Positions 15,257-24,376 of a stretch of 64,000 nt of DNA are shown here, piece by piece. A model generated the notes under the pieces. It had not been told where the DNA came from. It made no database searches and was given only the letters and a program-made list of their open reading frames with translations. The position numbers and the translations under genes are program-made. The stretch is from a virus. Lineage: Duplodnaviria; Caudoviricetes. The stretch lies in IMG/VR virus record IMGVR_UViG_3300024252_000005. One strand, 5' to 3'. Position 1 is the stretch's first letter. Every line of letters begins with the position of its first letter.

Positions 15257-15333
15257 TTTTCACCTACAGCCGTAGCATATCCATCTATTCCTGTTTTATT
15301 TTTTTGCTTCTTTATAGAAATCATTTTTTTTCT

Positions 15334-16200
15334 TTATATTATGTCTTTTATTTTTCTTATTAGAGGTTTTAAATTTTCAACAATGAAATCCCTTACTACA
15401 TCTAAGTATTCGAAAGGTTTTAATATTAAATAGTCGACACCCCAGAGATTTTTCGATTCGCTGTTAGAGATAAAAGGCCAAGTTATGCATATAATATAAA
15501 ATATTGATATAACAGCAAGTTTTGGTAGCAACCATAGTGTCAATTCTTTTATTTTTTTATCTCGCAGCTTACTTTTTACTTTTTTTGGTCCACCAAGTCT
15601 TTTAGCTTTTTCGTTGCCCTCTGGAGGTTGTAGTGATTCGATTAATTCTCCTACAGCGTATATAACTTGAGTCTCTGCTACACCTTTAAACTTATATAGA
15701 CCCACCATTACATATCTAGTGCCTTTTGGTGTCCAATGATTAGTTCTATTCTTAATTGCTGAAAATGCTTCTTTAGTCAAAAGAACTTGCTTTGGACCAC
15801 AAATGCTCATAGTTCGAGCAGCGATATTTTTGCCAATTCCTTCGAGTTCAACGCCCTTAGCACCCATAAGTGCATATAGTTCATCTTGTTGAACTTCTAT
15901 TACTTTACCCCAGTGAATACCTATTCTTGTATCTAATTTTGTTTTTTGTGGTATAGTTTTTTGGTAGTGCAAGGCAAAATTAACAGCGTCTATTGTAGTG
16001 TCAAAAGACATTAAGAAGCCGTCACTTCTATCTATTTCTCTTCCTTGAAATTTATAGCATAGATTTCTTGCCATTCTGTCGTGATATTGAAACCACTCAG
16101 CAGCTTTTACAGCGCCATACTTTTGAACAAAAGCAGTTGAGTCTATTATATCTAATAGAACTATAGCAAGATTTTTTTCTTTTAAAGTTATAGGTGACAT
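15334..16200 (-). CDS. Class III nucleotidyl (adenylate/guanylate-type) cyclase domain protein with C-terminal TM helix
   Basis: LLDIIDST and RSDG metal-binding Asp motifs, RIGIHWG, KNIAAR (Asn/Arg); hydrophobic helix near the C-terminus. Confidence 0.8.
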   Translation of the reverse strand: MSPITLKEKNLAIVLLDIIDSTAFVQKYGAVKAAEWFQYHDRMARNLCYKFQGREIDRSDGFLMSFDTTIDAVNFALHYQKTIPQKTKLDTRIGIHWGKVIEVQQDELYALMGAKGVELEGIGKNIAARTMSICGPKQVLLTKEAFSAIKNRTNHWTPKGTRYVMVGLYKFKGVAETQVIYAVGELIESLQPPEGNEKAKRLGGPKKVKSKLRDKKIKELTLWLLPKLAVISIFYIICITWPFISNSESKNLWGVDYLILKPFEYLDVVRDFIVENLKPLIRKIKDII

Positions 16201-16250
16201 ACTTATTACTTCTTAAATGTATAGTTATAATTATAATGTAGGAGTCTTAC

Positions 16251-16532
16251 ATGCAAGACAAAATGCCCTTGAAATCAAAAAAGTTCATTGCTTATCTATT
16301 AGCAGAGTTTGGATGGAAGTTAATAATTTTATTCCTGTTGTATCAAATACAAGGAAAGATTGATCATTATTCACTTGCGCTTTTAGTTACAACTGTCATA
16401 GTATCTGGATTCATTCAGATAGGTTATATACTAGGACAGGCAGCGCTGGACAAATATGTTAATGCTGCAGTAGAAATATTTGATAAAGACGAAGAAAAGC
16501 CAATAGAGCAACAAAAAAATGAAAAAAAATAA
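16251..16532 (+). CDS. Small 2-TM membrane protein, holin-like
   Basis: AGGAG RBS; two hydrophobic helices, charged C-terminal tail. Confidence 0.55.
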   Translation: MQDKMPLKSKKFIAYLLAEFGWKLIILFLLYQIQGKIDHYSLALLVTTVIVSGFIQIGYILGQAALDKYVNAAVEIFDKDEEKPIEQQKNEKK

Positions 16533-17016
16533 TAAAATTATCTTAAATGAGTTAAGATATAATAGGTGTTCTATTCTATTGGATGAAGTTAGCAATAAAT
16601 ATTTAAATGAAGAAATCAATAGACTAGCAAAAGAAAAGAATCTAAACCTAACTAGAATTGAACAATTAATAGAAAACATCTATATTAATAACGATATAAG
16701 ATATTTTAATAGTAGTCATATTACTGCTATATCTAAAGACATATTGGATAGAGTTAAAAAAAAACTAAGTGAAGCAGTTGGAAGAAATTTGCATACTGTA
16801 AATACAGATCCTATAGGCAATGAAGCAATTCTTACTTTAAATACTTTAAAGTCAGCTGATGACGCTGTTCCTGTATTTAAAAGCATAGAAGCCACAATAT
16901 GTCCTAATACGGGAAAGTGGACTGTAACATATATAATTGACACATCAAGAGAAGTAAAATACTTCAATACAGAAGCAGAATCAAATTTATTCATTCAGAA
17001 TTTAAGGAAATTTTAA
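16519..17016 (+). CDS. Hypothetical protein with repeated (I/L)xE motifs
   Basis: ORF track; ILNE, LLDE, YLNE, LIE, LSE. Confidence 0.7.
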   Translation: MKKNNKIILNELRYNRCSILLDEVSNKYLNEEINRLAKEKNLNLTRIEQLIENIYINNDIRYFNSSHITAISKDILDRVKKKLSEAVGRNLHTVNTDPIGNEAILTLNTLKSADDAVPVFKSIEATICPNTGKWTVTYIIDTSREVKYFNTEAESNLFIQNLRKF

Positions 17017-17261
17017 ATCTTAGATTTCCAAATATTTCTTTCTTTATACATTAAATCAAAAAATGCTTGCATTACTTCTTTAGATACTTCTTCAATTTTT
17101 TTTTCATAGTTTTTGTCTATATCTTTTAAATCTTTAAATTCTTTTTTAACAATTGATTTTATTTTTTTCTCCAACTCTTTTTTCTTGAAATCTTTTATTT
17201 CTTTTTTAATCATTTTTTTTATTTTTGATATATCTTTTCTTGTCAAATCTTCATTAATCAT
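17013..17261 (-). CDS. Small Lys/Glu-rich helical protein (MINEDLT...)
   Basis: ORF track. Confidence 0.65.
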   Translation of the reverse strand: MINEDLTRKDISKIKKMIKKEIKDFKKKELEKKIKSIVKKEFKDLKDIDKNYEKKIEEVSKEVMQAFFDLMYKERNIWKSKI

Positions 17262-17299
17262 TTATTATAAACCTTTAAAGTTGAAAGCAAATTTATTAT

Positions 17300-18925
17300 A
17301 TGAGCAATACATGGATTAAATATTTTCCTTATGAGAAACCTAGAGAGCAACAAACTAATGTTATTGATAAAGTGCTTAAAGAATTTGAGAGTGGCAAAAA
17401 ATATGCTGTTATAGATTGCGGAACAGGAGTTGGTAAGTCTGCAATTGGTTTAACTATTGCAAGCAAAATAAACAATTCTTCTAATTTTGAAGGAAATTAT
17501 GAAAATGGTGCATATTTTTTAACGACACAAAAGATACTACAAAATCAGTATGAAAAAGATTTTTCAAAAAACGGATTAATTTCTCTTTATTCTTCTTCTA
17601 ATTATACTTGTACTACAGATAAAAAAGCTTCTTGCAAAGAAATACAGACTGGAATTAGATCTAACAGTCTTCCTGAAAAGTATAAGTCTTGTAGTTATAA
17701 TTGTGTTTATAAACAAAAAAAGAAAAGTTTTATAGAGAAAGATTTAGGAATAACAAACTTCAGTTACTTTCTTACAGAGAAGAATTATAGTAAAAAATTA
17801 CCGCATAAGAAAGTTTTAATAGTTGATGAAGCGCATAATTTAGAGAACGAACTTTCTAGATTTATAGAGATTAGTGTATCTTCCCACTTTTCAGACAAAA
17901 TATTAAAAACAAAAATACCTAGTGAGATTAACACTCAGTTTAAAGCATTTAAGTGGATTAAAGATGTTTATTTAGATAAAGTTACTTCAAAAGTTAATTT
18001 TATTAATGCACAAATAGAAAAATTTGGAATTACCTCTTCTAAGCTAGACGACTTTAAAAAGATAACAGCTAGGCTTGATATGTTATCTTCACATCAAAAG
18101 AAAATAAGTCAATTTATAGAGATATATGACAAAGACAACTGGGTTTTTGATTTTGAAAAATCATCAAAAGACAATTTCAAGTTTATTTTTAAGCCTATAG
18201 ATATATCTTCTTATGCAAAACAATATTTGCTTGATTTTGCAGACTATGTAATCTTTATGTCTGCTACAATTATATCACACGAAGGATTTAGTATATCTTT
18301 AGGTTTGTCTTATGAAAAAACTGTATTTATCAAAGAAGAATCACCTTTTCCAGTAGAAAATAGACCTGTTTTGTTTTGTCCTGCAGGCAGCATGTCATAT
18401 AGAGCTATAGATAAGACTTTGCCTAATTTAGTAAAAATGTTAGAAGCAATATTTGATAATCACAAAGAAGAAAAAGGTATTGTTCATACACATAGCAATA
18501 AAATTGCTTATTACATTAAGAATAATATAAACAAAAAGTATAAGAGAAGAATACTGCTTGCATTTGGTGAAGATCGAGAAAAAATGTTATTAAAACATAA
18601 GAACTCTAATCAGAAAACTGTTTTGATTTCTTCTTCTATGTCTGAAGGTGTCGATTTAAAAGGTGAGCTTTCAGAGTTTCAAGTATTATGTAAAATACCT
18701 TTTCCGTTTCTTGGCGACAAAGTCGTAAAAAAGAAGATGAACAAGTGGAGTTGGTGGTATAACACGGAAACTGTTAGAACTATTATACAAAGTATTGGAA
18801 GAAGCATAAGATCTGAAGATGACAAAGCAGTCACATATATACTTGATGGTGACTGGAAAAGAATCAAATCAAAATCATCAGGTATGCTTCCAAGCAACTT
18901 TTATAAAAACTATCACGAGTATTAA
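17300..18925 (+). CDS. DinG/Rad3-like SF2 ATP-dependent DNA helicase
   Basis: GTGVGKS Walker A, DEAHN Walker B, SAT motif III, EGVD, QSIGRSIR motif VI; Cys cluster in the Fe-S position. Confidence 0.9.
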   Translation: MSNTWIKYFPYEKPREQQTNVIDKVLKEFESGKKYAVIDCGTGVGKSAIGLTIASKINNSSNFEGNYENGAYFLTTQKILQNQYEKDFSKNGLISLYSSSNYTCTTDKKASCKEIQTGIRSNSLPEKYKSCSYNCVYKQKKKSFIEKDLGITNFSYFLTEKNYSKKLPHKKVLIVDEAHNLENELSRFIEISVSSHFSDKILKTKIPSEINTQFKAFKWIKDVYLDKVTSKVNFINAQIEKFGITSSKLDDFKKITARLDMLSSHQKKISQFIEIYDKDNWVFDFEKSSKDNFKFIFKPIDISSYAKQYLLDFADYVIFMSATIISHEGFSISLGLSYEKTVFIKEESPFPVENRPVLFCPAGSMSYRAIDKTLPNLVKMLEAIFDNHKEEKGIVHTHSNKIAYYIKNNINKKYKRRILLAFGEDREKMLLKHKNSNQKTVLISSSMSEGVDLKGELSEFQVLCKIPFPFLGDKVVKKKMNKWSWWYNTETVRTIIQSIGRSIRSEDDKAVTYILDGDWKRIKSKSSGMLPSNFYKNYHEY

Positions 18926-18926
18926 T

Positions 18927-19406
18927 ATGGAAAAAAAACAAAAGCCTTCAGGTGCAGGAATAGTATGTTACTTTGATAATAGGTCTGGTGATATAAAAAA
19001 ACATGAAAAAGATATTCTATATCTATGTTTAACAACTCATAAAGGAAGATACGACTTCCCTAAAGGAGCGATTGACTATAAAGAAGAAATTGAAGCATGC
19101 GCGCTTAGAGAAACATATGAAGAGTGTAATTTAGATCTTTTTGACTTTGCAAGTTTATCTGACTACAGCTTTCAGTGTGGAAGAGGATTGTTCATGTTTC
19201 TAGGAGAGATAAAGTCAAGTTCTATAAAGAGCATAAAGATAAAAATGAATCCTAAAATTAAAATATACGAACATACGGGATTTAAGTTTCTTACTATTGA
19301 AAGTATATTAAAAAAAGATGAAATTCTAGGCAAACAAAGACTTTACAGTTATCTAATAGATTCTCTAAAATGGGCAGATTATATTATACGTGATGCTCTA
19401 GAATAA
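18927..19406 (+). CDS. Nudix hydrolase (start reassigned to ATG 18927)
   Basis: Nudix box GAIDYKEEIEACALRETYEECNL; PKG before the box as in Ap4A-hydrolase-like members. Confidence 0.85.
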   Translation: MEKKQKPSGAGIVCYFDNRSGDIKKHEKDILYLCLTTHKGRYDFPKGAIDYKEEIEACALRETYEECNLDLFDFASLSDYSFQCGRGLFMFLGEIKSSSIKSIKIKMNPKIKIYEHTGFKFLTIESILKKDEILGKQRLYSYLIDSLKWADYIIRDALE

Positions 19407-19432
19407 TATAATAAAATAAAAAAAGAGTAAAA

Positions 19433-20626
19433 ATGAATAGCAACTTATTATCATTACATAGTGCATTAAAAGTTTTATGCAAAAAAAACAAAGAAAATAA
19501 GTTTAGGTATTATACAAACAAAAATGTATATAACAGCAAGTTTTTGTTTTTTAACAATATTTTGTTAGACGAAAGAATAAAAGATAATCCGTATAGAAAT
19601 TTATTATTTAATTATCTTTTAAAGGCTGAGAATTATGTTCCAGGAGGATCTTATATACTGTCAGAAATGTTTTTAGAAATTTTTAATAGTAACAATAACA
19701 TTGAAGAAAAAAGATTAACTGGTAAAAAAATAGAAACATTTAAAAAGTTGCTCGATCAATTCGTAATGGAAGAAAAAAATAGAAGGCTAATTTTCAATAT
19801 ACTGAATTTCTCTGGTCCCGATGCTTCTATTGTTTGTATTCCTAGTAAGAACAATGAAATAGAAATTAAAAAGAGCAATCAGCCTAAGATAAGCATTAAC
19901 ATACACGAAGATTTTAGAGGAATATACTTTTCTAATCAAAAAACTACAACCAAAGATTTTATAACTGTAGCAATGGATTCTTACATAGAGCGAGAATCAG
20001 AAATAAATGAAATATTTGAACATGCAAAATTAAACAATCTTCCTATAGTTTTGTTCTGCAGAGGAATATCAGATAGTGCGATTAGAAATATAAAAAGTAT
20101 ATTATTAAAAAATAACATAAAGCTATATCCTTATTTGATAAAGTTTGATAATAATGATCCTTTTTTATTAAGCGACATATCTAAAGCCTTGGGCTCAAAG
20201 CTATTGTCTGTAGAGTCTGGCGGGTCTTTTAATAAAGATTTAGTCGGAAACTCTTCTATTAAAAAATTAAGATTAAGCACAGCTTTCATTGAAATATTCG
20301 AGCCAGAAGATGATTTGTCAAAAGAAATAAATGAAAAGCTAGCTGTAGTTAGTGATAAAGACTTATTAAAGTATTTACATAAAAGAAAGAAAAGGATATC
20401 ACCTAATATTGTTGAAGTAAAGATTCCTGAAAGTGATATTAGACTTATAAATGAAATAAAATCAATTATAAGGTATTATAATAATGCAGCAATTTCAGGC
20501 TTTACAGTATATAATGGTTTTTTATACCCAAAAAACGTAATAAACGCAATGAAAAACTTATCAATTAGCATGAAGAAAAATTTCAATAATATTGGATATG
20601 TCTTAAAGATTAAAGAAGATGAATAA
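19433..20626 (+). CDS. Degenerate chaperonin (GroEL/Cpn60-like) protein
   Basis: Segment DSYIERESEINEIFE...LPIVLFCRGISD...LLSDISKALGSKLLS matches the GroEL apical-domain pattern; GDGTT motif absent. Confidence 0.55.
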   Translation: MNSNLLSLHSALKVLCKKNKENKFRYYTNKNVYNSKFLFFNNILLDERIKDNPYRNLLFNYLLKAENYVPGGSYILSEMFLEIFNSNNNIEEKRLTGKKIETFKKLLDQFVMEEKNRRLIFNILNFSGPDASIVCIPSKNNEIEIKKSNQPKISINIHEDFRGIYFSNQKTTTKDFITVAMDSYIERESEINEIFEHAKLNNLPIVLFCRGISDSAIRNIKSILLKNNIKLYPYLIKFDNNDPFLLSDISKALGSKLLSVESGGSFNKDLVGNSSIKKLRLSTAFIEIFEPEDDLSKEINEKLAVVSDKDLLKYLHKRKKRISPNIVEVKIPESDIRLINEIKSIIRYYNNAAISGFTVYNGFLYPKNVINAMKNLSISMKKNFNNIGYVLKIKEDE

Positions 20627-21101
20627 TAATCAATACGTTAAACATTTAGTAGAATGTCAATGCACATTACCTATTTTTAAAAACAAAACAGCTCCTGTAT
20701 ACCACAAGATCCCTGTTTTTTCTAAAGTTTTAGATGAAAACGATGAAATAGAAGAAAAGTATATTATCTGTGAAAATTGTGATATTGTTCATAAAGTACA
20801 CGAGGTTTTTAAAAGTGATCTTAAGTGGGGAATAGAAGGATTAAACAGCTTAGTATTGACAAAAGAAGACGTAAAGTTTAATTTAGTATCACAAGGTTAT
20901 GAAAGACTTGTCGATGTTTTAGAAAAAAATCAACTCCACGTTTCAGACTGGGAATTGACAGAATTCTTGATTGAAAACGAACAATCAGGAAACATTGTCC
21001 TAGAAAAAAACGAAACAGATAATAATATAATAATTAACATGTTGTCAATAGACAAAGGAAAATTTAAAATAAAAAAAGAGATTGTACAAAGGTATTTGTA
21101 A
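20619..21101 (+). CDS. Hypothetical protein with Cys motifs (CQC, CENC)
   Basis: ORF track; possible Zn ribbon. Confidence 0.75.
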   Translation: MNNNQYVKHLVECQCTLPIFKNKTAPVYHKIPVFSKVLDENDEIEEKYIICENCDIVHKVHEVFKSDLKWGIEGLNSLVLTKEDVKFNLVSQGYERLVDVLEKNQLHVSDWELTEFLIENEQSGNIVLEKNETDNNIIINMLSIDKGKFKIKKEIVQRYL

Positions 21102-21337
21102 TGAATTTAGATCCAAATAATCCAGACGACTTTGCTTCCTTTGAAAAATGTAGAAGCATACACAAAGAAATAATTGACTTTGGCATCAACCAAAAAGAAA
21201 TTATAAAAATAATAGAACTTTTATCTTTAGAGCTAGAAGATGTATCTACGATGAAAGATATTATTTCTATTATTAAAAAAGAAGAGGATAAAGAAAACAA
21301 AAAAGATTTACAGAAAGCTGAACAGCTGATATTATAA
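21101..21337 (+). CDS. Small helical hypothetical protein
   Basis: ORF track; coupled start/stop. Confidence 0.7.
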   Translation: MNLDPNNPDDFASFEKCRSIHKEIIDFGINQKEIIKIIELLSLELEDVSTMKDIISIIKKEEDKENKKDLQKAEQLIL

Positions 21338-21365
21338 TGCAATATTATATGAAAGGAATACTTAC

Positions 21366-21587
21366 ATGAGTATTGAAGAAACACTAATCGAAGAAGATAC
21401 TACTCTACCCACTCCTGATTCTGTAGAGGCTTATTATGGTAGGCTAAGACTGTTAGTTGAGTCAATGGAATCTGACGCTTTGAAGTCAAACAAAGGTAAC
21501 AAAGCTGCTGGAATTAGATTGAGAAAAGGTCTTCGTCACCTAAAAGGTTTTTCAGGGGACTTTGTTAAGTTTACATTGCAAAAGTAG
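21366..21587 (+). CDS. Hc1/histone H1-like nucleoid protein
   Basis: KGNKAAGIRLRKGL signature of the Hc1-like family. Confidence 0.65.
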   Translation: MSIEETLIEEDTTLPTPDSVEAYYGRLRLLVESMESDALKSNKGNKAAGIRLRKGLRHLKGFSGDFVKFTLQK

Positions 21588-21819
21588 CTTTTTTTCTTAT
21601 CTTAGCTATTGATTGTTTTTCTATTTGACACACTCTCATTCTAGTAATACCAAATAGATTACCAACTTCCTGTAGTGTAAAATCTTCTTGCTTTTTGACT
21701 TTGTTTAGAATGCAATTAGATGAATCATTTAAATCGTGCCAAAATCTGCACGATTTATTTTGGCACGATTTGTTATTCTCTTCGTGAGCAGCAAAGCATG
21801 CTAATTTATTTGTTGACAT
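21571..21819 (-). CDS. Stand-alone sigma-70 region 4 (HTH) protein with N-terminal Cys/His cluster
   Basis: FTLQEVGNLFGITRMRVCQIEKQSIAKIR matches region 4.2; AAAGG RBS. Confidence 0.85.
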   Translation of the reverse strand: MSTNKLACFAAHEENNKSCQNKSCRFWHDLNDSSNCILNKVKKQEDFTLQEVGNLFGITRMRVCQIEKQSIAKIRKKATFAM

Positions 21820-21886
21820 ATTTTTAACCTTTCTAAATTGAAAAATATTTATATATTATCTTAGAATCATTTGAAAGGTTTTATAA

Positions 21887-23218
21887 ATGATACCAAATAA
21901 AAGCAAAAAACTTTTTATTGTCGATACGAGCGTTTTATTGTATGATAAAAATTGTATCAATAATTTAAAAAACAATGATATAGTAATCCCTATGATTGTT
22001 TTAGAAGAGCTTGATAAGTTTAAGTCAAGAGAAGGAATATTGGGCGAGAACTCTAGATATTTCAATAGATTTCTAGATGAAGCAAGGGCACATGGAAACT
22101 TACAGAAAGGTATTTACATAAAAGAGACAAATGCTTCAATAAAAGTTGAGGCAAATCAGAGCTGGGATAAAATAGAAGTTCTAGATAGAAGCCTTAATGA
22201 TAATATTATTATGTCTAATGTAAATTATTTGCAAAACAATTTTTCAGAACAATATTCAGATATTATTCTTATAACAAAAGATATCAATCTTAGAGTTAAA
22301 TGTGATGCAGCAAATATTGCAGCCAATGATTATTACGCTGATTATGAATTTATTGAAGAAGATAATTTATTCAAAGGCATGGCTAGCGTAGACTCTTCTC
22401 TTGATGTTATAAACGGTCTATACTCTAATAAAGTAATTAGAATAGAAAAACTAGAAATGCAGTCTTCTGATCTTTGTGAAAACGAGTGTCTTGTAGTAAA
22501 GTCAAATGAAAGCATTTCGTCTTCAGCGCTATGCATAAAGAAAAGAGATCATTTAAAGCTAGTACTTAGCAAAAGTGAAATACAGAAAAAGACTGGGATT
22601 GAGCCAAAAAACAAAGAGCAGATATTTGCTTTGAATTTATTACTAGACAAAGATATATCACTTGTTACTCTTACAGGTGTTCCTGGCAGTGGTAAAACTT
22701 ATTTGACTTTGATGACAGCTTTGAAAGAAATTGAAAAAGAAACTAAAAAAAGAATAATATTTACAAGGCCTATACAGACTGTGGGCAAAGATATTGGTTT
22801 TCTTCCAGGAACACTTAATGAAAAAATGGCACCATGGTTAGCACCTATTGTTGACAACTTCAGAAATCAGTTTGGTGATCTGTCTTATTTTGACATAATG
22901 ATAGAAAAAGGATTGATAGATGTAGCACCTTTATCTTACATAAGAGGAAGAAGCTTTAATGATGCTATAATTATAGTTGATGAAGCGCAGAATGCTACTG
23001 TCCATGAGTTAAAGACTGTTATTACAAGAACAGGAAGAAATTCAAAAATAATACTATTAGGCGATATTGAACAAGTAGATCTGCCATATGTAAATAAGTA
23101 TTCAAATGGTTTGACTATTGTTGCTGAAAAATTAAAAAACGAGACTTTAACTGGTCATGTTAACTTTGAAAAAGGTTACAGATCAGATCTTGCAAATATT
23201 GCAGCATTAAAGCTGTAG
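21887..23218 (+). CDS. phoH: PIN-domain PhoH-family ATPase (PhoH2-type)
   Basis: N-terminal PIN (VDTSVL...LEELD...ND...TKD); GVPGSGKT, GRS, DEAQN, GDIEQVD. Confidence 0.92.
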   Translation: MIPNKSKKLFIVDTSVLLYDKNCINNLKNNDIVIPMIVLEELDKFKSREGILGENSRYFNRFLDEARAHGNLQKGIYIKETNASIKVEANQSWDKIEVLDRSLNDNIIMSNVNYLQNNFSEQYSDIILITKDINLRVKCDAANIAANDYYADYEFIEEDNLFKGMASVDSSLDVINGLYSNKVIRIEKLEMQSSDLCENECLVVKSNESISSSALCIKKRDHLKLVLSKSEIQKKTGIEPKNKEQIFALNLLLDKDISLVTLTGVPGSGKTYLTLMTALKEIEKETKKRIIFTRPIQTVGKDIGFLPGTLNEKMAPWLAPIVDNFRNQFGDLSYFDIMIEKGLIDVAPLSYIRGRSFNDAIIIVDEAQNATVHELKTVITRTGRNSKIILLGDIEQVDLPYVNKYSNGLTIVAEKLKNETLTGHVNFEKGYRSDLANIAALKL

Positions 23219-23226
23219 GAGTTATT

Positions 23227-23553
23227 ATGACAAAAATATATGATTTAAGTAGAATTAAAAAGACTTATCCTCTGTTGAGAGAAAAGCCTATTTATAAGCA
23301 ATTGTGTGATAGTGATGGTACTGTTTCATCAGGAATTGACGCTGAAGTAGAAATTTTAAACTTTGACAATACACATACTGGATCATATACTTTTAAAAAG
23401 ACTTATACGTCTATACCAATAATTGCTGCTACAGCTGCTGATGAAAATGTCAATGTTTTTGTGACATCATTAAATCTAACTTCAGTAACAATAGAATCTT
23501 CGGCAGAATTTACTGGTAAAGTACATCTACAAGTATTTAAGGATGACGAGTAA
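23227..23553 (+). CDS. Putative virion structural protein
   Basis: AGGAG RBS; beta-rich; heads the fibre operon. Confidence 0.6.
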   Translation: MTKIYDLSRIKKTYPLLREKPIYKQLCDSDGTVSSGIDAEVEILNFDNTHTGSYTFKKTYTSIPIIAATAADENVNVFVTSLNLTSVTIESSAEFTGKVHLQVFKDDE

Positions 23554-23762
23554 TGAAATCTGAAAAAGGTAAAGTTACCTTAAATAATGTGTCTGAGATA
23601 ACTGTAAATCTCAATAAGACGTACATTAAACCCGTTATAAAAATAACACCGAGTGAAGATATTAATGTTTACTTGTCTGAAGTGACTAATAGTTATTTTA
23701 AAATTAGTTCTAGTTCTGAAGTTAGTTCAGATATTTATTATGTAGTAATAGAAGGAAACTAA
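23553..23762 (+). CDS. Putative virion structural protein (similar fold pattern to upstream gene)
   Basis: ORF track; coupled start. Confidence 0.6.
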   Translation: MKSEKGKVTLNNVSEITVNLNKTYIKPVIKITPSEDINVYLSEVTNSYFKISSSSEVSSDIYYVVIEGN

Positions 23763-23764
23763 AA

Positions 23765-24292
23765 ATGGCAAAAGACTTTAAGAGTAATCAAGTTAAAGTA
23801 AAAAAAATAATAGCTTCAGGTTTAAACTCTAGCGATGAGCCTAAGCTGATTGTTTATGGAGACTCTAGTTCAACTGACAGTGTTGGTGGCATTAACACTG
23901 ACATGCTAAACAATGTTGGCAACGACGTATTTTTATTTGTTAGTGGATCAATTTGTGGCAAACAAAACAATATACCAAAGTCAGTAACGGTATTTGGTGG
24001 TGACGTTGTAGTAAGTGGATCACTTTATGGTTTGAAGTCTGATGCTACTTTATGGGAAATAGATTCTGTGTTTGATGACAGTTTAACACCTACAAATATA
24101 CTTGATGGTGATACAGGATTGTTTGCTATTGATTTTAATGAGTTTACTGATATTGACAGTACATTTATATATTCTCAGTATACAATGACGAATAGAAGAG
24201 AAGCAGCTGATAAGTATTTTGAATTTGATAGTGATGGTAATGTAATGCCTAGAGACTTAGTTGCAGATGCAGCTTTATGTCAAACTTCATAG
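23765..24292 (+). CDS. Putative tail-fibre adaptor/structural protein
   Basis: FVSGS/FGGDVVVSGSL fibre-type motifs; C-terminal FEFDSDGNVMPR. Confidence 0.55.
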   Translation: MAKDFKSNQVKVKKIIASGLNSSDEPKLIVYGDSSSTDSVGGINTDMLNNVGNDVFLFVSGSICGKQNNIPKSVTVFGGDVVVSGSLYGLKSDATLWEIDSVFDDSLTPTNILDGDTGLFAIDFNEFTDIDSTFIYSQYTMTNRREAADKYFEFDSDGNVMPRDLVADAALCQTS

Positions 24293-24376
24293 GTCAATAT
24301 TTTTAATTCTTTTTAAATAATACAATTGGCTAGAATAATTAAAATAAAACAATAATATATTAGGAGTCTTCATAAG

